Below, piece after piece: positions 25,120 through 36,596 of a stretch of DNA of 64,000 nt (the first letter of the stretch is position 1; every line of letters begins with the position of its first letter). The DNA is from Podarcis tiliguerta (Eukaryota). The position numbers were made by a program, and so were the translations under genes. The notes beneath the pieces are model-generated. The model searched no databases. It saw only the letters and a program-made list of their open reading frames with translations, and was not told where the DNA came from. The stretch lies in assembly GCA_965153285.1 (NCBI GenBank), contig OZ229117.1, one strand, 5' to 3'.

Positions 25120-25815
25120 ATTCCATTTATTTGTCTATCACATTTATAAACCACTTCAGGGCCTGATGTCATTAAGGCGGGATACATGTTTAAAAGATTT
25201 TTTAAAATACAGTCATACCTCGGGTTGAATGTGCTTCAGGTTGAGTGCTTTCGGGTTGCGCTCCGCGGCAATCCGGAAGTAACAGAGCGTGTTACTTCCG
25301 GGTTTCGTCGCTTGCGCATGCGCAGACTGTCAAAATGACATCACACGCATGTGTGGCAGCAGCAAAATGCGACACGCACAGATGCGCTGCCGCATCTTAC
25401 ATTCCATTCAGGATGCGAATGGGGCTCCGGAACGGATCCCGTTCGCATCCCAAGATACCACTGTACTAAAAAATAAATAGATACAAATTCTAAAGAACAA
25501 TTAAAATCAATATTTCATAAATTGCTAGAATGTCTTCTTTTAAAAAAACGTCTTCAGGGGGCACTTAAACCTCTTGATGCTGGGTGTATGTCTAAATCCA
25601 GCCGGTAGCTAATTCCCGATGGTGGGAACTGCAATAGTTAAAACCAAGTTTTCAATACAAACTAAGCACACCTCTGGGGCATGCAGCTCTCTCAGTGGTG
25701 CCCCATCTGAGAAGCATGGTTGGCAGGCAGGGATATATGGAGCAAAGCAGTCCTGGTCCCAAGTTGCTTAGGGCTTTAAATGCTAAAACCAAGGCCTTGA
25801 ACTGTACCCAGAAGC
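25120..25815 (-). mobile_element. L2 LINE 3' fragment interrupted by a MITE
   Basis: L2-like tail (atttataaaccac..aaggcgggatac) and ORF2 C-terminal remnants (cttgaactgtacccagaagca, ggtcccaagttgcttagggcttta). Confidence 0.6.
25210..25463. mobile_element. Tc1/mariner MITE, CpG-rich (young)
   Basis: TA-cagtcatacctcgggttg ... catcccaagataccactg-TA; internal hairpin ccggaagtaac..gttacttccgg. Confidence 0.85.
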
Positions 25816-26999
25816 ATCATTCGAAATGTGGGCTTGCCCCTTTTGTGTCTTCAGGTGAATGCTAATCCTACTGCTTAAATTGCTTCTGTATTTTCTTAGG
25901 GCGATTAAACTTCTATAAATATGACACTCTATGAACTTTTAATAAGGCCTTTGACTCGGAGCCTTGCCATGAAGACATTTATGTGTACTTCTTAAGTATG
26001 TATTTGGCTAGTTATTACAAGCAGGCATAATTTTTCCCAAACACTAGCTGTTCATTCCAACTCCCATTGTACAATACTGGAATACTTAAAGGAATTTGTT
26101 GCTAGTATTCTCCACCCGCACCCCTTTATAAATATTTACTCAGCAGATTGCACCAGGGCTCCAGATCCTTGATAAATATTTCTGTTTTTCTTTCTTTTTC
26201 TTTTTAAAAAAGCTTTACTTTTCGTCCATGTTTAGCAATGCATGTTACTTACTTGGCGGTTTGTTTTGGAGGAATCTTGATGGGCTGCTGCTGAATCAGA
26301 TCTGCAATTGATTTTCATGCGGAAAATTGATGGGTGAATTCTCCTCGGCTACATTCAGAATCGGCACAGTAATTACAAGATTACTTGACAACCCCTCCAG
26401 AAAATAATATAGTTTTAAGAATTCTATCCCTCCACACAGAGGCATAGGTGGCATAACAATTACCTTCCCTGCCTGTGGGGTAGGCTCACCCATTTATAGC
26501 AGACTTCGGGGGCTATTGAAATGTATTTCATGTGCACTGGTTTCCCTAAGCAGATCATAAGTTTAATCAATTAAGTGGTCATACTTTAAACCCATATCTT
26601 GTGACTTGCATCTCTGTTCTATTCTCTTTACCCTGAAGTTGCATATTGAGGAAGTTTATATTTTTCCTTGTGTCCCATTGGATTTTTAGAAGTCACAATC
26701 TTGAAAATGTTTATGAGAGAGAGCAAGAGAGTGCTTTGCTATTGGAAGCATATATTATCAGTAATCGTATTTAGAATACTAATTATTATTATCAATATCA
26801 GAAATGATTTTATTGCTTTTGGAAACTGGGGTTTTTGTGTTTTATCCTATTTTTATCTTGTACACCACTTTGGCCATGACGTGGTTTACAAACCACACCC
26901 ACATCCTGCCTTTTCCTTCCAAAGGTCCCCGGAGTAGCAAACAACAAAGTAATAAAGCAGTACAATGAAAAATAAGACAAAACATAATTTAAAACATAT

Positions 27000-27312
27000 T
27001 GTCAGATGGCAAAGGTGGTTGCTCATGAGTAACCAGGCAGGACTCCGACCTGTCTTTTACAGGTTTTATTTAGGTGCAAAACTATTTACAGTGCAGAACC
27101 CCAAAGTTCATGTCTGCCTCAATCGCTAGCTGAATCTGGGAGTGCTTGTTTCCTGGACCTCCCCCAGCATAAAAGTCTCATTTCCTTCCCTCTTTGAGGT
27201 GGGGTTTTCCTCATCACCGAAAGAAGAACTGCTTCACAAGATTTTCGGAGGCTCCCTGTAACACAACTGCCCCTCTGTTTCCCGCCCCTGTTCTGATGGC
27301 AGTTCCCTGACA
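27000..27312 (-). mobile_element. Solo LTR (Gypsy-like)
   Basis: TGTCAG...CTGACA termini, 5-bp TSD catat/caaat, minus-strand AATAAA near 27065; inserted in an A-rich L2-type tail. Confidence 0.75.
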
Positions 27313-29019
27313 CAAATAAAACTGATTAAGAGCATCTAAAAACATTTAAAGACAATGACAATCCCTAAAAATATTTAAATGCAGTGACATACTCATGCAG
27401 CTGATAATTTCAAGGTAGCTTAGAATACTATCTTTCAAATTTATTTACAAGCTTAAACAGACAAGAAATGGAAAGCTATGGGCAGAGTTTCTTTCCATAT
27501 ACAAGTCCTAAGGTAACTTTTCTCTTTACTTAAGAAAGAGAAGAAGAAGAAAAAGACAGATGGAGGGAGGGATATCCTGTATGCTGCCTCTGAAATTACA
27601 AACCTGCTAAAATATTTAGGGCATTCTTCTTTCCGTTGCACATTTCAAATAGGGAGAGACAGAGGTTTGTCTTTCTGACAGTTTGTGTCCTATTCAAGGC
27701 CTAGGCCAAATTCATCCCATTGTAAGCTCAGGGGATGCCAATGGCATTACATCAGGAATGGAATGAGCCCTGCCTCTGTATGTTTTGAATGTGCTGTCTG
27801 ATTGCTTTCACCAGCCAGAATGAGAACAAAGTGAAATCTCGGAGCACCGAACTACCGCCAGGGCCAATAGAATGACAAAGATAATTGTCAGAAAAGCTTC
27901 CAAACTCTCCCAGTGTTTATTATTCCCACCCTTGGTCTCTTAGCCAGAGGCAAAAGACAACTTTGGATTGCAACATGGTGAGACAAGGCACGACACTTGA
28001 TCATCCTGTTCCCTCTCGCAGCCCCCTCCCCATTTGTGGTTCTATACCCCACTGCTTGTGTTGCTATCGAAACATCAACAGACATCAGCTTACAACTGCG
28101 GTGTTCCGGGCTTCTTTGGTGCTTTATATCTGCTAGCTGTATTCTACTGTGCAAACACGAGCCATAGGAATGTAAGTCATTGGCCATACCCATCCATCAT
28201 TCAGTGGTCATTTCAGTGATCTCAAAGACTAGAGCAGGAACTGGGAACTAGTGGCCCTTCAGATGTCAATACCAACCCCCATCAGTTCCAGCCATCATGC
28301 CAATGACCAGGGATAATGTGAGTTGTGGTTCAGACACTTCTAGGGCCACAGGAATACAATGGAATATCACACCAGGGATCCCTCTGCCCCTTTAAAGCAG
28401 CGGTGGCCCTCCAGATGTTGTTGAACTACAACCCCCACCACTCCTCAACTTTGTCCATTTACAGTTTTAGAGAAGCGGAAATTTTGCCCACGACCCCTTT
28501 CAGAGTAGCTTGGCTCCCCTTCTTCCATCATCATCTATGGATACAGAAGGGAAGACTTGGAAGGGTTGCAAACATGAGGGGGGGGGGCATGTGTGAGCGC
28601 CTTCATATTTGCTTCTCTCCCCCCCCCCCCACTTCTCCCAATTCCTCTCCATCCTGCTTTTTGCACTCCAACAACAAGTACTACCTTGCTACAAAGTTCC
28701 CACTCACCCACCAATTTAACAGATGCATCACAACCAGTCAGGAGAAAGAGGGCAATGGTGGGGGTGGGGAGAGGTCAGGCAGAGATTTTCCTACATATTT
28801 TAGAGTCTTCCCCTTCTGGGAGAACCAATAAGAACCCCCCCAAAAGGAACCCCCCACCTTTAAGCACCTCTTCTCCCTCCCCTGTTTCAGCCTGTCCCTT
28901 TTAAACGCAATTCTTTCCATTTCTCCTTTCATTCATCCACGCATCGTTTATTAAAAGGCAGGGAGGGGCACGATTCACTACTCATCTTCCCATTGTGAAA
29001 AATGCACCCAACCCATATT

Positions 29020-29765
29020 CCCTCTTTCTTTTTTTTATCCCTACCCCGTCACCAATTCTGATTCTTTTTCTTCTTTCTTCCTTTTCCAAAAATGTCCTTA
29101 TCTATCTCCCCCACCCCACCACTTCCATTTCTCCCTCCCTTGGGTTGCTTTTTCTCTCCACACCCCCCCCCAAGCCTTCTCTTCTCCCTAGTTTCCCTTC
29201 CTTTTCTCTTCCTTTCCGTCTCCTTCCTTTCTTTCCCCTCCCTTTCTCTCATTTTTCCTTCCTTCCTTTTCTCCTTTCCCCATTCCTCCTTCTTTTTCCC
29301 TGTGTGGTGTAGTGGTTAAGAGCGGTAGTCATGTAATCTGGGTAACCGGGTTCGCGTCTCCGCTCCTCCACATGCAGCTGCTGGGTGACCTTGGGCCAGT
29401 CACAGTCTCTCAGCCCCACTCACCTCACAGAGTGTTTGTTGTGGGGGAGGAAGGGAAAGGAGAATGTTAGCCGCTTTGAGACTCCTTAAAGGGAGTGAAA
29501 GGCGGGATATCAAATCCAAACTCTTCTTCTTCTTCTTCTTTTTCTTCCTCTCCCACTTTCTCTTCTTTCTCTCCCCATTTCTTTAATTTTTCCTTCTTCC
29601 ATTTCCCCCTCCTTCCTTCCTCTCATCTTCACTTCCTTTCTTCTTCTTTCTCACTCTCTCCCATTTTTCCTTTGTTTTTTTCTTTCTTCTCTTTCTCCTC
29701 TTCCCCCTTTTTCCTTCCTTTGTTCTTTCTCTCCTTTCTTGATTCTTCCTTCTTTTCTTCCCTTT
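29020..29765 (+). repeat. Long polypyrimidine/polypurine low-complexity tract
   Basis: Almost exclusively C/T on the + strand over about 750 bp, apart from the SINE insertion. Confidence 0.9.
29302..29540 (+). mobile_element. Squam3 SINE
   Basis: Near-identical to 12758-13006; (CTT)n tail merges into the pyrimidine tract. Confidence 0.9.
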
Positions 29766-30499
29766 CTAATTACAGCCGCTGTTTTCTGTTACATTACATA
29801 CCATAGGCAAGGCGAAATATAACAATGTTTATCTACCTATAGCTAAAAAGCTAATTGGGAGATCCTATGCATTTCCTAATAAGCGCAGAGGCTGTAACCC
29901 TGTGCACACTTCGTGTGAGTAAGGTCCTGGAAGGCAACCAGTCCTTCCTAAATCAAGCCTCACAGACCACAAGGGTTGACCCACAAGCTATTCTCCTTTG
30001 AAAGTCTTACATTGCAGTCCTAAGCATTTTTACTTAGAAATAAATCCCACTGAGTTCAATAGGATTTACTCTCTGGTATGTTCCTGATCATTCTCACAGT
30101 TTCCAGTGTAGTAGTAGCATTTCCTGCCTTTTTTCCTGACAGGGACTCCAGGCAGCTCACAGCTAAACATTAAAAAAAAAAAAAATTCATTCCATTTATC
30201 TGTTGAAGGTGTTGTACACAATCCCTTCCCTCGCACATTTTTCTTTGCAACAATCCTGTGAGGTAGGTTAGGCTGATAGGTTCTAATTGGCTCAAGGTGA
30301 CAGACATATATGTGTATATGACGCTTGTGTGTGTGGCGAGATCAAACACGCGAGAATCTTGTAGAATGGAATGTCCCCATTTCCATCTGAGGAATGTTGG
30401 AAAGTATAGAATCGACTTTATCCTCCCCTGCCCCACCTAGTGTGGGGAGAGATTATATATAGAGGGAAGGAGGTGGGGGGAGGCTCTGCCTGAATTTTA

Positions 30500-31010
30500 T
30501 GGAACATCCTGGGTTTGATCACAGCATCTGTACAAAGCCGTTTTACAAGTATGTGCAATGCATGCCAGCCCATTTACAATAATGACACGATATGTGTCAT
30601 CTTCAGATCTCCTTATCCCTTGGGCGTTCACAATGGCTTTGCAACTTAAGAAGCAATTGAGGGCTAAGCTAATGTCCTCAGTCCAAGACACACCCCATCG
30701 TATCTCATTGCTTTGATCGCCTTTTGGCAGCCTGGGGGGCAGGGGGAGAAGACAATGAAGAACCAACTGCTCCCTCCTGTTTCAGAGCACAGAATCATCA
30801 TAATCATACCTTGCATGCAGGTAACACCTTCCACATAAAGATTGCAGCGTACTTTGCAAACAATGAACAATGTACTCATGCCATTATCTGCAAGAGAAAT
30901 AGTGAAGAAACCGTTTCCAACACAGAGTTGCAGGCAATCCCACCCTCTCCTCAAAAGGTTTAAAATGAGTAATGCATAGTAAGAATGAGAAGCAAGCATG
31001 TTTCATTCAG
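30500..31010. promoter_or_regulatory. Putative conserved non-coding element
   Basis: TE-free; tandem SOX sites AACAATG-AACAATG 30859-30872; TCF site CTTTGAT 30711. Confidence 0.4.
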
Positions 31011-31422
31011 AGCAGGTGGGAAATCTAATTTGCACTGTACGTTCCCCTGGGAAAGTATACAGGATATTTGTTCATCTAGCCCAACAGTGTATATAGTGAC
31101 TGGCATTGGCTTTCCAGAGTTTCAAGGAAAAAGTTTTCCCCCATCGCTTGCTGACTAAACCTTTCAACCAGATATTCTGTATGCCAAGCTTGTGCTACGG
31201 AGTCTCCCCCATAAGTGTGTCTTTCAAACCATTCACACAAACGGAAGTAGCAAAATCTGTCAAAGGCACACAATGAAAAAGAACAACCAGAAACCTCCAG
31301 CAAAAAATAAATAAATGGCCAATTCCTTCACCAGTTCCTTCAATCTAAGATGTGAAAATTAGGTACTTCAGTATCCATATCCAATTCTCTCCAGCCAAGT
31401 GATGAGTACAAAAATGCACATA

Positions 31423-31865
31423 CAGTGGTACCTCGGGTTACAAACACTTTGGGTCACAGACTCTGCTAACCAGGAAGTAGTACCTCGGGTTAAGAACTTT
31501 GCCCCAGGATGAGAACAGAAATCGCACAGCGGCAGCGGGAGGCCCCATTTGCTAAAGTGGTACCTCAAGTTAGAAGAAGAGTTTGGACAATATCCCGCCT
31601 TTCACTCCCCTTAAGGAGTCTCAAAGCGGCTAACAATCTCCTTTCCCTTCCTCCCCCACAATGAAACACTCTGTGAGGTGAGTGGGGCTGAGAGACTTCA
31701 GAGAAGTGTGACTAGCCCAAGGTCACCCAGCAGCTGCATGTGGAGGAGCGGAGACGCGAAACCGGTTCCCCAGATTACGAGTCCACCGCTCTTAACCACT
31801 ACACCACACTGGCTGGTTAAGAACGGTTTCAGGTTAAGAACAGACCTCCAGAACAAATTAAGTTG
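31423..31865. mobile_element. Tc1/mariner MITE (15417 family) split by a Squam3 insertion; right TIR missing
   Basis: TA-cagtggtacctcgggtta start; MITE sequence resumes at 31815 (ggttaagaacggtttcaggttaagaac). Confidence 0.85.
31573..31814 (-). mobile_element. Squam3 SINE
   Basis: Reverse complement of the 12758-13006 type element; flanked by agtta/ggtta. Confidence 0.9.
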
Positions 31866-32269
31866 CACACAACTTACAATGTACACAGGAGGCATTTACA
31901 AAAGGCCAGCTCCTGTCCTCACTTGACTGGCACTCTTGTTTGTGCCATGGAGGTGTGAGTAAACCAGCCCAAACATGAATGCCATAAAAAAGAAAACATG
32001 GAATGGAATCCAAAACAGTTGTCACCTTAGATATGCTTGTGGATAGCTTTCGCAATGTCCATTGATGTACTACTCAAGTAGATAAGACGTGGCAGGTCAT
32101 AAAATTGAGTTACAGGCCATAATATTTGGGCTGTGTAATTTGTAGGCTGTTGGAGATTCCCTTCCCCATCCCATTGTTTCTTCATACTCCAAATACTGAC
32201 TTATCTGAAAGCTGATTGGATGTGAAAATGGGCTAACAGTTATGGGTCCACCTTCTTCCCACTTACAGC

Positions 32270-32570
32270 AACCTGGGTGAGTCTAGAGACGCCAAGTCAT
32301 TACTGTGCCTAATTACAAACCTGAGGCAGAATAACCTTTGATGACTAACATAATCTTCTAAATAAAATGAATATGCATTAGCCTGAAAAATTAGGACTGA
32401 ATGTTCGACGGTATCTTTATGGGATCAAGCAGGTTTTGCACTGGAGATGTAAAGAGTTACCATGAAGTAATTAAAATAAGCCCTTGATTTTGGAAAGAAA
32501 CACCTTTCAGTTGCAAGGTACTAACTGTCAATAGTTCTCATAGGCAGCACTTAATTAATTAATTAAGCCT
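32270..32570. promoter_or_regulatory. Putative conserved non-coding element
   Basis: TCF site CCTTTGAT 32335, TAATTA sites, TTTATGG, palindrome CTTAATTAATTAATTAAG 32550-32567. Confidence 0.35.
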
Positions 32571-34259
32571 CCATATACATGGCTAGATTGGCCGGGGGGG
32601 GGGGGATTCACATAACCATTGGAGAAAATGTGGTACAAGGAACGTGGTTTCTACTCATGATAATCTTCAGTAAGTCTGAGCAAAAATGCTCTCACAATAT
32701 TCTCTACATGTTGAATGGTTTAATGGGAGGGGGCATTTTGCTAAATATTCCCCCAATATACTAGCAATAACTCCACCCTGTCACCATTTTACAGTACAGT
32801 AGACCTGCAACTTACATGTGATTTACTTACTTAAGCATTGCACAGTGGGCAGGGAGATAGTTTTAAAAATGGAGAACAAGCAGGAGGGGAACAGTTGGAA
32901 GGGGCTCTCTGAGATCTCAGAAGCCCCATGAAATCTCAGGGTTTTCCAGCTGTGGAAGGAGTTTGTAAGCACTCCACCTTGCTTATTTGGCCTCAGAGAG
33001 CATCATGCAAGGCCTTGAAAGCTGTGGGAAGCTCTCACAAGATCTTGCAGGAACTTCCCACACCCTTCCAGAGGCCTCACACAACATTCCTAGAGCCTAG
33101 TAAGGTATAGTCACGTGGGGGTGGTTCATTTATACAGCCATTTAATTTACCTGCCTTTGTTTAAGAATTAGACCTTAAAAGCTCTCAAATTATATTTCAA
33201 CTCCTCCAGTCCTGCTGAATAACAATGGAGAAAATGGACCAAAACCACTTACAAGGGCATGAAAGTTCATGCATGTGAGTATCTTCTATTTTGATAGTAG
33301 CTCCTATGAAGGAGCAAGAACAGTTTTCAATGGGTTGGGCCTAATCCCTAAGCTTCTTAATAGATAGGTGTTAAAAGACTGGTAGCTGTGGACTTCTAGG
33401 TCAATCCAATGTCAGCTGACATCCTTCAGAAAATACTTGATGGTTTCCAGGGCCTGGTTTAAGCACTTACCAGAAGGTGACCATTTTTGCATGGTAGAGT
33501 AGTGGGTACACAGCACTCCCCACTCCTATGTACTTCAGCAGTGCGTCATGGGTGCTGCACTCAGAGGCTGATCTTTAAGGAAACCTGATTAGAACAATAT
33601 TTCTCCATCACTTCTTTTGAGGGGAAAAGCAAATCCAACATCATCACCAAGCATGCTGGTACTTACCATGTCCCAGGTGTCATTTTAAATTTCCCACAAA
33701 ATCCTAGAAAAAACACCAGAAATGCTGTGGAAAATTCAAAATGACAGCCCATCACCTTCTGCCAGGGGCCTAATTCAAACCCAAGGCCAAGTCTGGAGAA
33801 AGAATGGCTGCTGTGACCAATTTCTCTGAGGAAAGAATTACTGCTGCCATTCTTCGTCAGAGAAATTGGTTGCCCTTTTGGTAGCATGAGGAAACTGTAG
33901 ACAACAGATAGTGGAAACAAGTAGTTGTGCTCAGAAACATTATTAATGGCACTAGGACAGAACCCATTTCACTCTGTTTCATAGGGATTGTTCCTCATTC
34001 TACTCTCAGCTTACACAGAGAGGCAGAGGATGGCAACCTCTCTCTGGACACACTTTGATGTTTTGGTGTTGCTGGCAGAGGCGGTTTTGGGGTGGTGTGA
34101 CCAATGCACGGCAATGGGCACTGCACAGCAGGGAGTGCCAAAACAATGCTGTAGAATAGAGCGTGAGAGGCACAGAATTTTAGCACATGGCATCACTGAA
34201 ATTTGAAAGCCCAAAGTCCACCACTGTTGTCGGGGAGGGAGTGGCGACATCGCCAATCG

Positions 34260-34440
34260 CAGGACATGACAGACATAGAAGACAATGTGAGGGGGGCGGT
34301 TCAAGGAAGAAGGTCTTTTCAGCCATGGTCCATACTTTATGGAACTCTCTATCAAGAGATGGGTGGTGCTTATTCTCAGCAGCAATATTTAAAATGGCTT
34401 TTAAAATGCACCTGTTTGGAATGGCTTTTAATTTATGTGT
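34260..34440 (+). mobile_element. L2 ORF2 C-terminal remnant
   Basis: Peptide RKKVFSAMVHTLWNSLSRD..FKMAFKMHLFGMAF matches the L2 end motif. Confidence 0.65.
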
Positions 34441-34724
34441 TTCGTGGGTTTACGTCCCAGGTCCCCAGCAACATGCTCAGCCACGTGAAGGAGAGAGACC
34501 AGGTCAACCAGTGTCCTTCTGTTTTCTTTTCCTCCCCATAAACCTTTTGCTGCCACCAGGTGAAAGCTTTTATTTCCTCCAGGTTACCCCCACCAAACTA
34601 CCTAAAACTCCTTGGGGTTTCCTCAAAAACATCTCTAGGTAGTGTGGGGTTTGGAGCTTAATTATGGGGTGGATAATCAAGGTTTTACACTAAAAGGCTA
34701 AAATAAAAGAAAAAGGTTTTTCTT

Positions 34725-35160
34725 TTTTTAATCAATTTTTTAATTGATTTCCCACGTTTATAACAAATTTAACATATAAAAAAATAAAACACAACATCTT
34801 ACAATACTAAAAGAAAGAAAAGAAAAAAGAGTAAAAACAGTCATTACTTTCCAAAATCCAAGTTAACCTCCAGTGTAGACTGACTTCCTCGATTCCCCCC
34901 AACTGAATTTCATTGTATCTCCTTTGTAACAGTTCTCCAAAATCCGCTTTCTAATACAATTAACTCCTTCAACTATCTTCATCTCTTTTCTTTGACTTAA
35001 ATCCATATTACTATGAAAAATATTTTTCTTAGGGAAAGGATTCAACATAGGACCGATTATACACAGCATAGGACTGATTACGCTCAAAAGTAGCAGACAG
35101 AAAATAAAACAGGAAAAACACATCCAGCTAGGCCTTAACTAAAACTTTTCCCCCTAACAA
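34725..35160 (-). mobile_element. Probable L1-type LINE 3' UTR
   Basis: Minus strand has ggggggaatcgaggaagtc, a T-rich stretch and a terminal A-rich end, typical of squamate L1 3' ends. Confidence 0.35.
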
Positions 35161-35907
35161 CTAATATTTTGTTTGAGCAAAGATCCTTCGAATTTTACAA
35201 CAATTTGCAATGTGTGCTTCCTTGCTCTGAGATCCTACCCAGTCTCCACCAGTAGTTCCTCAATTGTAACCACTTGCTACTTTTTATTATATTTCCCAAT
35301 CCACAAACAAAGCATTAAAGATCATTTTGTTCTAATCCCATCTGCAGACTGGTCTGCTTGAAACCCACAGTTTACATCATTATTTTATAATGCCTTCAGA
35401 GTTTGTTTTTTAATCTGATGGCCAAGGTTGGCTCTAGGAAGCAAATTAACTGTATAATCCCCAAACCAAACTATTTACAATATTTTGATTGAGATTTTGT
35501 GTGTGTTTATTGCTTATGTGAACAACTTCTAGCCACACATGGTAATCTCTTGCAAAATGTGCTTACTTGCATTTTGATTTGGAAGCAGAGGTGGGCATGA
35601 GTGGTGGTTACTTTTGTTTCTGATATTATTGTTATTTATTTACTTGCAATAACTTTTTTTAAGAAAGATTTTTTTAAAAATTTCTTTTAATCAATCCCAT
35701 TCCATCACAGTCCTGTGGCTGTTTTGTTTTGTGTTTTATTGCAGCACCTCTGGAAATGGTTTTTAAACAGGCTGAATTATATTTTATTGTACTGTTGTTT
35801 TCTAAGTTTTATTATAAAGCTATATTATTGTATTGTGACATTATAGTTTGTTCATCACCTTGGGTGGACTTAAGTTCAGAAAAAAAAAGTTTTTAAATAT
35901 TTAAATA

Positions 35908-36596
35908 GGGAAGGGCCTTTTTAGCTCAGTGGTACAGCACCCATCTTAAAAAGTAGAGACATCACCTTGCCAACAAAGGTCCGTATAGTAAAAGCTATGG
36001 TTTTCCCAGTAGTGATGTATGGAAGTGAGAGCTGGACCATAAAGAAGGCTGATCGCCGAAGAATTAATGCTTTTGAATTATGGTGCTGGAGGAGACTCTT
36101 GAGAGTCCCATGGACTGCAAGAAGATCAAACGCATCCATTCTTAAGGAAATCAGCCCTGAGTGCTCACTGGAAGGACAGATCCTGAAGCTGAGGCTCCAA
36201 TACTTTGGCCATCTCATGAGAAGAGAAGTCTCCCTAGAAAAGACCCTGATGTTGGGAAAGATGGAGGGCACAAGGAGAAGGCGACGACAGAGGACGAGAT
36301 GGTTGGATAGTGTTCTTGAAGCTACCAGCATGAGTTTGACCAAACTGCAGGAGGCAGTGGAAGACAGGAGTGCCTGGCGTGCTCTGGTCCATGGGGTCAC
36401 GAAGAGTCGGACACGACTAAACGACTAAACAACAACACGGCACCCACTTTGCATCTAGAGAAAGTCCCAAATCCAGTCTCCAGCATCTGCAACCAGGCCT
36501 GGGAATGGTCCATATGAAACTGCCAGTCAGTGTAGACATTACTCAGTTTGATGGACCAACGGCCTTATTCGGTATAAGGCAGCTTCCGATGTTCCT
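35908..36596 (+). mobile_element. tRNA-derived SINE (Squam2-like) interrupted by BovB
   Basis: A-box head gggaagggcc..tagctcagtggta at 35908-35934; body resumes at 36445 and ends ggtataaggcagcttccgatgttcct. Confidence 0.75.
35942..36436 (+). mobile_element. RTE-BovB LINE, 5'-truncated (ORF C-terminus 35967-36428)
   Basis: Peptide PTKVRIVKAMVFPVVMYGSESWTIKKADRRRINAFELWCWRRLLRVPWTARRSN.SILKEI.P..SLEG..LKLRLQYFGHLMRR is canonical BovB; (CAA)n tail; TSD acagcacc/acggcacc. Confidence 0.97.

Noticed and set aside
26253-26301. Minus-strand 49-nt segment ending in CAA|GTAAGT (DLIQQQPIKIPPKQTA)
   Set aside because: The acceptor lacks a pyrimidine tract, the length is not frame-preserving and the peptide is unrecognised.
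28325-28831. 168-aa ORF
   Set aside because: Spans MITE fragments and homopolymer G/C runs; no domain.
28995-29806. Phe/Ser/Leu/Pro-rich ORFs resembling membrane proteins
   Set aside because: Translations of the polypyrimidine tract and the Squam3 SINE.
35921-36400. 159-aa minus-strand ORF
   Set aside because: Antisense shadow of the BovB reading frame.
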